From Octopus sinensis (lineage: Eukaryota): DNA of 64,000 bases. A model generated the notes under the pieces. That model did not search any database. It was given only the letters and a program-made list of their open reading frames with translations, and was not told the origin of the DNA. Where the stretch lies: contig NC_043018.1 of assembly GCF_006345805.1 (NCBI RefSeq), positions 17,856,001 through 17,920,000 of the forward strand, in the 5' to 3' direction. Positions 28,416-41,936 of the stretch are shown piece after piece. The position numbers were made by a program, and so were the translations under genes. How positions within the stretch are numbered: the stretch's first letter is position 1; each line of letters begins with the position of its first letter.

Positions 28416-28823
28416 GGTATGGCTGCGTGGTAAGAAGTTCGCTTCCCAACCATATGGTTCCAGAATCAATCCCACTGCATGGCGCCTTAAGAAGGCTCCT
28501 TCTACTATGGTGTCGGGTCAACCGAAGTATTCTGAGTGGATTTAGTAGACGGAAACAGAAATAAGCCCACCACAAATATATTATATATATATAAGTTCAG
28601 CAAAATTTAGATTCAGATGAATATGATACTAAAGTTAAAGGCACCAGAATTTGGTATGGTATTTATCCTTATAAATCAAATGGGGGTGATTATAATCAAA
28701 ATACGCAACAAGGATATCCACGGTAGTGTAATTCTTCTTGCTTATTTGGATATATATATATTGGTAAAACGGTAAGATAACAAAAGTTTTATCTTGACTA
28801 TCGAGTAATGTAACATATTATTG

Positions 28824-28912
<89 letters not shown>

Positions 28913-29122
28913 CTGTGTCTTTATGCCCGTGTTTCTTCGCCCTTACCGCTGGACCAGCGGCGCTGGTGTCTTTATGTCTCCGTAACGTAGCGGTTAAGCA
29001 AAAGAAACCGTTTAAAAATAAAACAGGTGTAAAAAGGAAATAATTATAGGGGTCAATAAGTTCAACTAAAAATTCTTCGAGACGTTGCCCCAGCATGGCC
29101 GCAGTCCAACGACTGAAAAAAA
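28416..29122 (+). mobile_element. diverged SINE family B split by an insertion (halves 28416-28572 and 28911-29122)
   Basis: The 5' and 3' halves match family B in the same orientation, separated by about 250 bp of unrelated sequence inside the internal microsatellite. Confidence 0.6.
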
Positions 29123-30118
29123 TATATATATAAACAGCTGCAGTTCTGTTTGAGATTTTCACATGATTAAACTTCGAATTAAATTTTAAAATTTTGTGTT
29201 GTATACTTATGGACTTCAATTGTACAACATAATTTGCCTTTAGTTCCAATGACAAAAGCATTGGTTTAAGGTCCATCCACTAAAGATCCATCCACGTTGC
29301 TCGGAGAACTGTGCAAGAATATATGAATATATTCTCTGTTGGCGCCACGTTGAAACGGAACCAACCCTTGAAACGGAATAAACTCCATTCAATATTAATC
29401 TTATTGGTGCAGTACCTGGCAATGGTACTGGAATTCTTTGCTATACAAATACTCGTAACTGAAGATGAAATTTAAATCCATATAAAAGATTGTATAAATA
29501 TTTGAGATACCTACAGGCTTTTAGTCAAAGTTGAAACATTAATCAAAACAGCAGTAGCCATATTGAAATCAATATAGACACAAGACTCCATATACGCAAA
29601 ATAAGTCATGAATATAAAGTGGCGGGTGAAGGTTATGCAATTAATTTATCTAACTTATAGTACAATACTGGGAGAGTTGGAATGAGGACATACGATTTGG
29701 GAATTTAATACTGAATATATACTTCAATTTTTATTATATTAAAATGGATGTCAGCTGCAATCTGAGTGTGTGTGTGTGTGTGTGTGTGTGAGTGCGCGCG
29801 CTTGTCTTTGTTCGAAATTGATTCCTTACAAACTGCCGTGTATGTTACGCTCATATAATCTTATGAAGCCAAGAACGTTGGCTCCAAATTTATATGCACA
29901 TACACAAACTCATAGACACACACATATAAATACGTGTACATATATATATATATTATATATATATACATATACATACATATATATATGTGTGTGTGTATAT
30001 ATATATGTGTTTATATATATGTATATATATATGTACATATATATATATATATATATACATACATATATATGCGTGTGTGTATATATATATGTATATATAT
30101 ATGTATATATATATATGC

Positions 30119-30149
<31 letters not shown>

Positions 30150-31616
30150 GTGTGTGTGTGTGTGTGTGTGCAAATCGAAAAGTAAGAAATATCAAAGGAT
30201 GTACACGTGAAATGCATTTTCTTGGTGCTCCGAATAAGGTGCGAAAAAGAGTGGGTGTATAGCATTTCATGCATGCTTCTTCGTCAGAAAGCCTCGAGAG
30301 GAAATGTCCAGAGACGGAAATGCCTTGGCAGTAAATGTAGGAGTGCCCAGCAACGATCACAGATTAAAGCTCAGTTTCGCTTTCTCATCTTTATTCTAGA
30401 TTAATGTCGTTCTTCTGCGAGTATTTAAAATATTTCTACGAATGCAATTTGAATATTTATAGACAATTTGATGAGCGAACGGGTGGCGGTTTGATTCAGA
30501 CCAGTGAAGGTTATTTTATCAAATGAAGACTTTGGGTATTTTTATGTCGTCAGAGTACCTTTTCTTGTCCATGGTGCACATTGCGTAAATGATGTAACGT
30601 TGCCCTGACATGTGTATGGCCTGATATTGCGACTACTCGTTCCCAATCGTCCAATCAAGCTATCAGATTTGATTTAAACAGTGAACGATCACTTCAGGTG
30701 TCTCAATTTTGGTTATGTTCTCTTTTACCTTTACAAGTCGACATGCATTAATATAATGGCTTCACTGTCGAAGCTGATTTGAAAAGTAGCGAAAACAAGA
30801 ATTATATCATAATTGTTTGACCATAAAATGCTTCTTGTATCTGGGGACACATTTTCTTAGCAACAGCAATTTCATTTTCAATGGAGTATATTCAGTGCTT
30901 CCCAACATTTATTACTGGATTATGACCTCAAACACTTTCACGAGAACAAAGGCTTTGTCCTCCTCTCATTCACCAAAATGGTCTACTTTACTTTCACTCA
31001 CGTTTGATTTCATGTTTGTAGGCGCAAACCGTTTAATGTTAGAACTGGGATGAAATGAAGAGCTGCTTTTGTAGGTTTTGTCCAAGTAGAGTTCTTTCGG
31101 GAATATAGTAACTTCTGTCAGGTGTGAACACGCAGCACTATCACATGCATTTTAGGAGCCAGGAATTTATTTACATTTTCTAACATATTTCGTATAGCTT
31201 CTTGTATAGAATAGTGCGACCAACTCGACCGTGTAACTTCCTGAAGCATGAAACTATATCTCTAGATAATATCTTTTTATTAAAGAATACAATATATATT
31301 CTATATTGCAGAATATGTGCTTAAAGAAGTATCTTATGTTCCAAAACTCTGTTGATTTATGTTAAGATCTTTATTTTCGTGTTCGCTATTAATTTCATAT
31401 AAAATCATTTCTATAAAGTGTTTGGAATTTTGTTTGCCAGGAGGTAAAATAGTTAATAGTGACTTCTACTCAATGTCTGACCATAGAATGTGTGAGAAAA
31501 ATCTTTCTAGTATAAAACACGCGTGTGGAGAACTAGCGGCGTTACAACTTGACAACAGCATTGTTTTTGAATAGGATCCGAGACTTTTACTCCTTGTTTA
31601 ACTTTCTGACAGGCAA

Positions 31617-32895
31617 TGATGATATCTTTCCCTATAAATTCAATACCGCTATTTATGTTTGCATTTTTCTTTACCTCAGTTACGTCAGAGATTTTAAATG
31701 AACATCATAAGAAATGATGAAAAGAGATTATATGTTTTCCTTTCAGGGCATATTATTCATTTCTTAATCACCATGTTTGAATGACGTATTTACCTGTTAC
31801 AAGGAAACTGTTGACAAACAGAGGTGTTCGTTTTCTTTTTCTAACAAAGATGTCAGCGGCCTTTCGGCCTTTTCTTTCTTTTATATTGTATCCTTCTTCC
31901 TTCTTATTTATAAAACTAGACATGTTTTGTCATTTGCATAAGATTATTTCGAATTCTCCAATTATCTCTTTCATGCCTTCGTTTTCATAACTTGATGGAA
32001 ATTCCAATTTAGATTAGGTTCAATACAATTATTATAGATTCACCCTCTTAGAAATTCACACTCAAAGTATTTACTTGATGTATTTAATGTATTTAAATTG
32101 TACTTTCCCAAAGTACTGTCGGCAATTTAATTCAAATTTGCACAAGCTTCTATGGTTTCTAATAAAGAGCGGAAGACTTCACTTTCGATTACAAATCGTG
32201 GCTGCCTGGTTGAGTTTATTTTATTTTGATCTCGTTAAGAAAATCGCTGGAGCTGAATGAAGGTATATTTCCCTATAAAGTCAATCCCGCTATTTATGTT
32301 TATAACTTTTTTTTTACCTCAGTTACGTCAGAGATTTTAAATGAACATTATAAGAAATGATGAAAATGAAATTATATGGTTTCCTTTCAGGGCATATTAT
32401 TCAATTCTTGCTCACGATGTCTGAATGACGTATTGGATGTCAAAATATATATCCACATCAGTAAGGATATTTTGCAACAATATGCTGCAGATTGCATTGA
32501 GGATTTTTTGGTGAGTTGTTGCGCGATCCTGTGTAATTTGAATGCACCTTGAGCCCGGACATTTCGCCTGTTAAGTTATGGAGTGTTCATGTTGTTATTA
32601 ATTATCTATAATTGGAATTTCCATCAAGTTATGAAAACGAAGGCATGAAAGAGATAATTGGAGAATTCGAAATAATCTTATGCAAATGACAAAACATGTC
32701 TAGTTTTATAAATAAGAAGGGATAAGGATACAATATAAAAGAAAGAAAAGGCCGAAAGGCCGCTGACATCTTTGTTAGAAAAAGAAAACGAACACCTCTG
32801 TCAACAGTTTCCTTGTAACAGGTAAATACGTCATTCAAAAATGGTGCTTAAGAAATGAATAATGTGCCCCGAAAGGAAAACATATAATCTCTTTT
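31617..32895. repeat. local repeat cluster: 31617-32009 (+), partial direct copy 32258-32434, inverted copy 32610-32895
   Basis: Shared TTTCCCTATAAA...TGAATGACGTATT (direct). 32610-32895 is the reverse complement of about 31720-32009 and includes the hairpin GGCC-GAAA-GGCC. Confidence 0.85.
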
Positions 32896-34260
32896 ATGGT
32901 ATTCCTAATTTGGATATAACCAAAAAGAATCTTGTAACAAGAAGTTGAGATGTGATCACAATTTTTGTTAAATAGGGAAATACATGTAATGAGAAACCTT
33001 GGTCACAAAACAGGAAAAAATCTGCAAATGCATTTGCATGCGTATCTTTCATGAATATACATTTATCTTTGTTGTAAAAATTCGCTACATTAAATAACTC
33101 ACCATGACGCCTGCCTAAATACTATTTTGCAATGGAAAAACAAAACAACCTTTGCATTTTTATATGCAAAATCATTTGCAAATTTGATATATACTCAAAA
33201 GTATTCATAAATTTCTATCCTTTTGTTACAATATTCTTCTGAATAATCTTTTGAATAGCCTTAAACTTCAACTGTATTCAATATAGCGACATTGTTTTAA
33301 AGTATTTAACTATAAGACTAAATGATAAGACTACCCCTGTTTCATTATCAATAGTCTGCTGGTGGGCAACCCCTTAATTATCAGCTAACACATTGTTTTA
33401 AGTTTTCCCTTACTAAACCTCATGACATTGCTTCTAATAAATCTTGATTTTTATGATTATACCATCCAGAATGTCTGTCTACTCCCTCAACACTACCCCC
33501 AAACAAATACTGCCCTCTGTTTCTCTCAGCGTTAAATATACAAGGGATTTGATAAACTAGTCTATAAATTAAAACGGACCCCATGAAAAAGCAAAAACAT
33601 CAGTGAGAGGCAGTGTCTCCTTGAAAATTTTAGTTATGACTATGCTGTTGTAGGTACAACATGTTCTTTGTATATCTTCTTAACCTCTTGGAGATTCTAG
33701 GTATAATTATACTAATGTGTCCATCTGTTCTAATTCAATTAAATTCTATGTCTTTATGCAGCTGAAGATTGCTCTACATTTCAAATTGATGTAATGATTG
33801 CATTGTTCAATTAAATGGGGTTGCATGAAATGCAGTCAAATGGTTGAAACAAATAAATGAATAAGAGAATACATATATTTCATCCCACGCGGGAGAATGC
33901 TACAAGTCTATGATGTGTGTCAACGAATGGATGTCTTGTATAAGAATGTAGAAAATATACGAATGCATTTGCTTCCGAAGAAGTCAAAAAGAAGAAGACA
34001 ACAACAACAACAACAACGGCAACAGATGGAGAAGATGTTGGAAATGAACATGAAAAAATGTAACTAAAGCCTTAATGAGGAGATATTCAGATGTAAGTCA
34101 TTGTATATAATGTGTGGAATATAATGATACGACGCCATAAGTCTACGCTAGAAATCCCTATTAGTATGAGGAGATGCCTTCAGGGAACGAAAATTAAATA
34201 TTCACTCATAGGACATATTTATACAGCTAAATCATTAATAAGTATACTACTACACAAATG

Positions 34261-34463
<203 letters not shown>

Positions 34464-35597
34464 GTTTCTTTATTGGCCACACAGGGCTGCACATAGATGG
34501 GACAAGTTACAAGGTAGAGCTTTTCTTTTGAGGGATGAAAAAAAGGGGGTGGCGTAGGTTTTCGATCAAGAGGGATCGTAAAAGGGAAGAAAAGAACAAA
34601 AAAAATAAAAAAAGAAGAAAAAAATAGAATAAAAAATAAAAAGAATAAAAGAAAAAAAAGAAAGGGAAAGGAACAAAAGAAAAGAGAAATGAAAAAACAA
34701 GAAAAAGGGGAAAAAAAGGCGAAGAGGAAAAAAAAAAGAGATAGATAGACAGATACAAACCTATACACGCAGATTTTCGTTCACACACACACACACACAC
34801 ACAGACATATATATGTATGTATATCCGTATGTGTATGTGCATGTGCATGATTGCATCTCTCTCTATCTCTCTCTCTGTTTATCTATGTATCTACCTCCCT
34901 CTCTTTCTCTGTTTCTCACTCTATGTGTGTGTATATTTTAGATCATGCCTTAGCAATCCAATAATTGTTTCCCGTCCATTTACATATGTATTCATTTTTA
35001 CATCTGCCCTCTTACAACCTGTGCAAATGGAGTATAATAACAATAATAACGATAAGCAATACCTCCCCTTATTTTTCCACTTGTGAAGTCATTCACTCGT
35101 AAATATCATCACACACAACATGTTGCATCTCGTCAGGTTACACGTTTTGTATAAGATACTTTGCTATACATACAGATTTTTGCTAAGCATATTGTAGTCG
35201 AGTCAGTATAGCAAATATCCTACAGGTGACCACAACATACCAAGTGAAATTCAGTATATGAAACGAAGTATCTTATTTAAAACATGCAGATATGCAACCT
35301 GTTAGTATGGATGCAACGCAACTATCCGTGCAATATCTCACCCGTAAAGGACAGACGCAGGATGCGTCGAAACGAACGTTGGGTTGAATAAAGATTCTTG
35401 CTAACTCCATTTTCTGTTTCCCCCCATTCCTTATAAACGCAACAAACACTGCAGAATTCTTGTAGTTCCATTGACAATTTGCCACAACCGTAGATAACAT
35501 CATGTAGCCTAAACGGTGAAAGTGCTTTAATCGGCATACTACTAGACATCTACCCCAAGTCCAAATAATTATATATATAATTAATAATTATATATAT

Positions 35598-35926
35598 ACC
35601 TTATAAAATAAAGACAAAAGAAAAAATTCTAATGTCAAATATGCCGAAAATAGACAAATTGTCAATAACCATTATAATTTATTACAATTAACATGCGTTT
35701 CGAAACAAGCCGATGGAAATTCCTAGAAAATTCCGTTATTACCGTATTGGTCCAAATTTCAGAGTTAATTCATAAGAATTTTCTCCTCCTCAGCGATAAA
35801 TACGTAAGACATAAATAAAATACTTACTCATACCCATGGAAAAAGCAAGCACTAAGAACTAAGTACCCCAAATATATCCACAATAGAAAATCTTCAGCAC
35901 ATCTCGAGACACGTGCGATTCGAACT
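35598..35926 (-). mobile_element. diverged copy of the hammerhead-bearing element at 41748-42465
   Basis: Colinear with 41760-42075 (CAAAAGAAAAATTCTAATG...CTCGAGACACGTG.GATTCGAACTA); flanked by (TA)n. Confidence 0.85.
35739..35799 (-). ncRNA. type I hammerhead ribozyme, core intact
   Basis: Minus strand: TTATCG CTGAGGA GGAG[...]CTCT GAAA TTTGGACCAA TA CGGTAA. Stems I and II fully paired (with G-U); AUA cleavage triplet. Confidence 0.8.
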
Positions 35927-36036
35927 ATATATATATATATATATATAATACAAAATGCAAGGTAAAAATTATATACTTTGTATTAATTGGTTTTCCACGC
36001 TAGCTACTTGATAAATCTTATATAGATTTTATCCTC

Positions 36037-36128
<92 letters not shown>

Positions 36129-36134
<6 letters not shown>

Positions 36135-36373
36135 TATTAGAGAGTTATCCACTATGTAGATAACTCTAGTGCTAAAAATAGCTCCGAAGCAACCACAGAA
36201 GATCTGTTTCCAACTAGAATCAACATACATTTAACGTAAGGAAGTGAAATATTTCACTTTCCTTACGTTAAATGTATGTTGATTCTAGTTGGAAACAGAT
36301 CTTCTGTGGTTGCTTCGGAGCTATTTTTAGCACTAGAGTTATCTACATAGTGGATAACTCTCTAATAATTTAT
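36129..36373. repeat. near-perfect zero-loop palindrome, arms about 122 bp; right arm continues to about 36480
   Basis: Centre GTGAAAT|ATTTCAC between 36250 and 36251; only a 1-nt indel seen between the arms. Confidence 0.92.
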
Positions 36374-36503
36374 GTATAAATTTGTATTTTCTCCGTAGTT
36401 TTTTGTGCTAAGCCACTTGGTGTTAAATTAATGGTATTAGTAAATTAATATCGATTTTTCACCCTCATTTATAATTATATATATATATATACTATATATA
36501 TAT

Positions 36504-36579
<76 letters not shown>

Positions 36580-36608
36580 CATATATATATATCTATATAT
36601 ATATATAA

Positions 36609-36665
<57 letters not shown>

Positions 36666-39155
36666 TAAAAGCAACACATTGTTATACATTTATTTGTGTG
36701 TATCATGTACACATAAAAGCTTAGAACGAATAAACAATAGAAATATGTAGAATCAATACAGAAAAGTTCTACTTTAGCTTCCTAACATTTTTTTGTGTTA
36801 TTCTTCTATTAAATCACCAGCAAACTGTTTACATGAATACCTTACAAAATGTCTACGCGCGTATGTGTGTGTCTGTGTGTCCTGATAAAATAAAAAAAAA
36901 ACAAAAATGTATTTTGTCTGCATAATTACAGAAAATACAGTGCCATGTAAAAGCAATTGAGCTGCTAGTTATTGTAGTTAAGAGTAAAACAATTGTATAA
37001 TCACGTATTAAGTAACAAAAGCTTCTTCAGATTGCAGCAAAGGAAAAGGTTTGCGCTATTTGAAAAAAAAAAAAGTTCGAGAAAGTTTTGAATCATTGCA
37101 ATTATTATGAACATAAAATAAAAGAAAGCAATCTTATGTTGTTTTTCCTAATCCATATTCTTGCGCCGAACAGTTCAATAATAGTCGAACGATATTTCTG
37201 GAGCCGGATGATGGCGGTAGCGGAGGAAAACACTTGTACATAAGGACGAGCAGAAGTAAATGCTAACGTATGCTATATTTAAGTTCCTTGAATAATTCAT
37301 GTGCTTATTTTTTTCTTTTTACATAAACTGGAACATAATTCCTGGCTTTAGCATAAAAAACATGCGTGAAATAACATTTGGGAATACATCTGACATAAAG
37401 TACATATAGGAAATAACTCTATTACCAAGGAATATAGATTTCGTTCATATAATCATTTTCCTAATATTTTAAAATTTTCTTTGACGGAATATGACCTGGA
37501 AACCGATCTAATATGAATATATTGTATAAGATGAAAGCACATACGCATAATTAAGTAAGATGTATGTTTTACTTGAATTCGTCCCCCACATTTTCCGTTC
37601 TACGTTAGAATCCTGTTAAAATTATTGCGCCTCATATGCCGACTGGCATCCACGAGGAAATATTTGAAAAGGATGCCGAGACATATCAGAATTAATCCAC
37701 ACCCTACTGCTTTAAAATTAAGGAGGGTAAGACCAATAATTTAGTCCTAAAGAAATAAAACTTAGGGTGGTCACGATAAGAGCGCGTTTCAACAAAGAAA
37801 AGGTATGTGACTCAGCAACAACTAATATCAACAAAATAAGTATTAAAAATTTGAAGTCCGTTTCAAATGTTATGTACTTTCTAGAAAATCACGTGGTTGT
37901 TCTTTAAAAGGATTTCATAATTTGCGGATTTCCTGGAAGATTGGAACAATACGGTGTTGATCTAGAACTGGTAGATGGGTAGCTTTGGACCAGTGGGTAC
38001 ATAGACGATGCCTATGTTGTAATCATATTCATCTTTCAATCACTTTCTCCCGCTTTCTCTCTACCTTAGAATTTAACGTAGATTTCTTTGTAAATGTTTA
38101 ACGAGGTGTACCGCATTTCTGGTGCAACTGGAGGACATTTTGTTTCACATATGTCCAGATGCCAAATTTTGCCAAGATTTCAATGAACGGTAATAGCGTA
38201 TCAGAAATATTTCTGTAAACCAAATAAACAGAGATACAAACAGGTAATACATCTAGGATATTCCAAATGTCATCTAGTGTTTTCAAATGTCATAATATGT
38301 CAGATCCTGAGAGATGTTATCTATTTGTGTATTTCTGTACATCTATAGACATGTCAGAACTTACTCATTACATAAAAACTGAGTTCACAAGGTGTATTTG
38401 CCCCGATGCTCAACATCAAAACTAAAAGCCCTTTTGCCCAATTTTTTTTTAATTTGTTTTGTTAATCTGTTACCCGAAGATAATCGTCTCATTTAATTGG
38501 CTTGCACAAGCTTACTAATAAACTACTACTGTGTTCCACGTATAAAAAAGAAATTTTCTGTATCGTAAAGATTTCTATTTACACTGTGTGCAGTGGAATC
38601 TGAAACAATAAGCGTATTTTTTCATAACATACACGAGTCATCATTGTCGTCATAAAAAGAAATTGTTCTTCTGTGACATACACATCGGCGACTAGCATAT
38701 GTGCTTTCGAGAATAAATACCCAAATCTTTGCTACTCTAGATACCACATTTGCATTATTCTTCTACAGTTCACTCCTATATTATACCCGAGATATGAAAG
38801 TTTAATGCTGAGATATTCATCTAATGCATGGGATGTATAAAGGTTATCACGTATATTGCCAACTCAGATAGAACAACGTTAATTTATATGTTTGGCAGTA
38901 TGGCCTGCACCTGAATAGCAACAGAGCAGTAAACCAAAACCCCAAAATGGGAATGCATTTCGTAGCCGGGCATAGTGAATTTATGAAACCCTCCATAATC
39001 TCTTATTGTGGTATTGTTCGATAAGTATTATGTAGCTTATATACGAAAAGTAGTTTAAACCAACGAGATTAAAAAAGCATGATTCATGACCAAATTAAAC
39101 GAGGAAGTCAGGTTACTGCTTATATCGTTCAGGTAATGCACGCATATACAGACAG

Positions 39156-39234
39156 AGAGCCTGAAAGATTGCTTTAAGATATATGGATATTGGAACGTCT
39201 GTTCCAATATCATAATAGCATGACACTTAGCTCT
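39156..39234 (+). ncRNA. degenerate hammerhead ribozyme-like motif
   Basis: AGAGC CTGAAAGA TTGCT[...GATATTGGAAC-GTCT-GTTCCAATATC...]AGCAT GACAC TTA GCTCT. Perfect stem I, but the core has a 1-nt insertion and GAAA is changed to GACA. Confidence 0.4.
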
Positions 39235-39489
39235 TTCGGTTGTATATCTAATTTAATATATATATACATACATATAAAGGGTGAAATATAAGTAATTTAA
39301 TAAAATCAATAAATTTCATCTAGTAGTCTTTTGGTATGGAACGGACCATATTCGGTAAAAATTATATACTTATAATAAAGGGTTTTTTGCAACAAGTTGC
39401 TTAAACCACGTACCGAAAATATTAGAAATAGCAATCAAATGGGCTACTATTACTATTACTACAAAAATAAGTCTCCACAAACAACAGTA

Positions 39490-40216
39490 TTTGGGTTACA
39501 AATACTTCCGCTCGGTGGGTGCCACGTCACCTGACACCTGATCAAAAGCGCACCAGATCGCACCACGGGAAAATCTGGCATTGTTTCAGGCAGATCCAGC
39601 TGGTTTCCTTCATTACTTTGAGCTAGAGATAAAGAGATAATTAATGGCGTGGAAACAATTCTCCTTACCTGCTCCAAGGAAGTCCAAGGTCGCTTCATCA
39701 GTAAGGAAGGCAATTCCCTCAGAGTTTCGAGTTGCAAAACAATATTATGTTTATTGACTGCTAATGAGCCGCTGCATCGATGGAGAGTATTATGACAAGT
39801 TACTGAGGTGGTTACAAAAGCTATGAAGGCCGAATTGCCAGGGAAACTGACGAAAGGACTTTTGTTTCTTCAGGACAGTACTCAGGAGACTTTCTTCCAA
39901 TGGCAGCTGGCAGTGACTGTAGCTTTGAACTAGATTATCCCTGTCCCTATTCTCCTTATTAGGCCCGATCTGACATATTATTTGTTCTCCAACATGAAAA
40001 AGCACTAGGCCGGGAACAAGTAACGCAGTGGTCATATCTGCTGTTGATGACTTTTGGCCAGCAGGATAAAAGCTTCTTCACCAATGGGATTCACTCACTG
40101 CAAAACCGATGGGAAAAGTATGGATGGCAAGTGGGGCTATGTTGGAAAATAAAGTTCATTTGGTCACAGTCCCTGAAAGCATCTTGGTCAGCCTACGACC
40201 TTTTCAGTTGACCTTC
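39490..40216 (+). mobile_element. mariner transposase pseudogene (3' two-thirds) with probable 3' TIR
   Basis: Frameshifted peptides SARWVPRHLTPDQKRTR (WVPHEL motif), ENLALFQADPAGFL, WKQFSLPAPRKSKVASSVRK, KAMKAELPGKLTKGLLFLQDS, a PYSP-like YSPDL region, and VISAVDD...FFTNGIHSLQNRWEK. Stop near 40150, followed by a TIR-like sequence. Confidence 0.88.
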
Positions 40217-40227
40217 AAGCATGTATG

Positions 40228-40315
<88 letters not shown>

Positions 40316-40344
40316 TATATACACACATATATGTATATGTATAT

Positions 40345-40379
<35 letters not shown>

Positions 40380-40817
40380 CACGTACACATGCACACATAG
40401 AGTAATTGGTGATTAAATGGGAAGTGTGCAACGTTGGTCACTTAATCTGCAGCAACAATGGATGCATTATACGCTTGACCAAAACACAAATTAGTCGAGT
40501 GTATACATATTTATGAGTAAACACAGAATTCATCAACATTTATGATTCACATCCATTTCAATTGATCCATTGAAGAGATAGCGTTGAAATATCTTTGTTT
40601 CGTCATCAATTATCTCACATGTGATATCGATTCGTAAATATATAACATTATTGCGTAACTTGACGAAAGAAATCAAATTATCCGAGCGGATTATATAATT
40701 GAATGAGTGAATAAATAAAAGACTAATTTTCTTCATCTTATTCCCCATGATTAGGAGGTGTTCCTAGGCACTCAAATGATGCTGTTGGAATCGAATAAGA
40801 GGATATGCAAATAATGG

Positions 40818-41008
40818 ATAAATTGAATAACTGTGCAACCGATGATATACAAGGAGCATGATGTTACAAGGGATTTAGGAGAACGCATTTCCGAATACAT
40901 TTATTCGTCTTTGGTATATACTATAAAACACATCGGTAATTTAATAGATATATATGTATATATGTACATTTATATAAATTGATGTACATAAATACATGTA
41001 TTTATGTG

Positions 41009-41046
<38 letters not shown>

Positions 41047-41129
41047 ACGAAATTATATTTGTGCGCGTAAGCATGATTACGCTCGTATATGAGGGTATGT
41101 ACCTGAGGGAAATTTCTTCTTTGTTCATT
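40818..41129 (+). repeat. direct repeat, copy 1 (copy 2 at 46617-46941)
   Basis: ATAAATTGAATAACTGTGCAACCGATGATATACAAGGA...TTTCTTCTTTGTTCATT occurs twice, colinear, about 5.8 kb apart. Confidence 0.9.
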
Positions 41130-41310
41130 CTGGTTAGTAAGACAATATACGCTCACACAGACATTTCTGTATTATGCATCTATCCATCGATCTATCTATA
41201 TCTATCTTTATATGTGTGTGTGTCTATATGCGTGTGTGGTGGGTACGCGTGTGTGTATGTGCGTGCGTGAGTGTGTGTATGTGTCTTTGTGTGTGTGTGC
41301 GTCTGTGTAT

Positions 41311-41456
41311 TTTATATTAAATCCGAAAAATTCTTCACACTCTGCTACTCAAAGTTTCACGTTAGCCTTCGTCGGAGAGTTGTGATAACTGTCCGAAGAA
41401 CGATAACGTGAAACTCTGAGTAACTGTCGGTGAAGACTTTTTCGGCTTTAATAAAA
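41311..41456. mobile_element. imperfect fold-back element with two divergent U4C-variant hammerheads
   Basis: Plus 41389-41426: CTGT CCGAAGA ACG-ATAA-CGT GAAAC TCTGA GTA ACTG. Minus 41379-41342: CTCT CCGACGA AGG-CTAA-CGT GAAAC TTTGA GTA GCAG. Centre at 41382-41386. Confidence 0.7.
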
Positions 41457-41875
41457 GGAATATTACACTGTCATTCGTAACTAAATCCTAAATTTTCCCC
41501 TTTTTCCAAATTTATGTGCTCACTTACGTTGTTGTTCGAGGCTTTTGTCGTTAGAACTGGCGTCGTTGAGTACAGTGATACTGCTACGTGCTGCGCCTTT
41601 ATTTTGCATATATATATATATATATATACATATATATACATATATATGTATACATATATGCATATACATATATATACATATTAATGCACACACACATATA
41701 TTTATTATATTAATATATATGCATACATATATATATATATATATATACATAATTTACAAGATAAGGGCAAAAGAAAAATTCTAATGCCAAATATGCCGAA
41801 ACAAAATATTGTCGATAACCATTGTAATTTATGCGTCTCGAAACAAACCGATAGAAATCTCTAAAAAATTCGTTA

Positions 41876-41936
41876 TTACCGTATTGGTCCAATTTTGGGG
41901 TTAATTCATAAGACATTTTCCCCTCTTCAGCGGCAA
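41876..41936 (-). ncRNA. type I hammerhead ribozyme with G12A substitution (predicted inactive)
   Basis: TTGCCG CTGAAGA GGGG[...]CCCC AAAA TTG-GAC-CAA TA CGGTAA. GAAA is mutated to AAAA at 41896. Confidence 0.75.

Noticed and set aside
30261-30292. Minus-strand CTGACGA...GAAA
   Set aside because: No stem I or II pairing.
39459-40035. Minus-strand ORFs of 92 and 81 aa
   Set aside because: They are antisense to the mariner pseudogene recognised on the plus strand.
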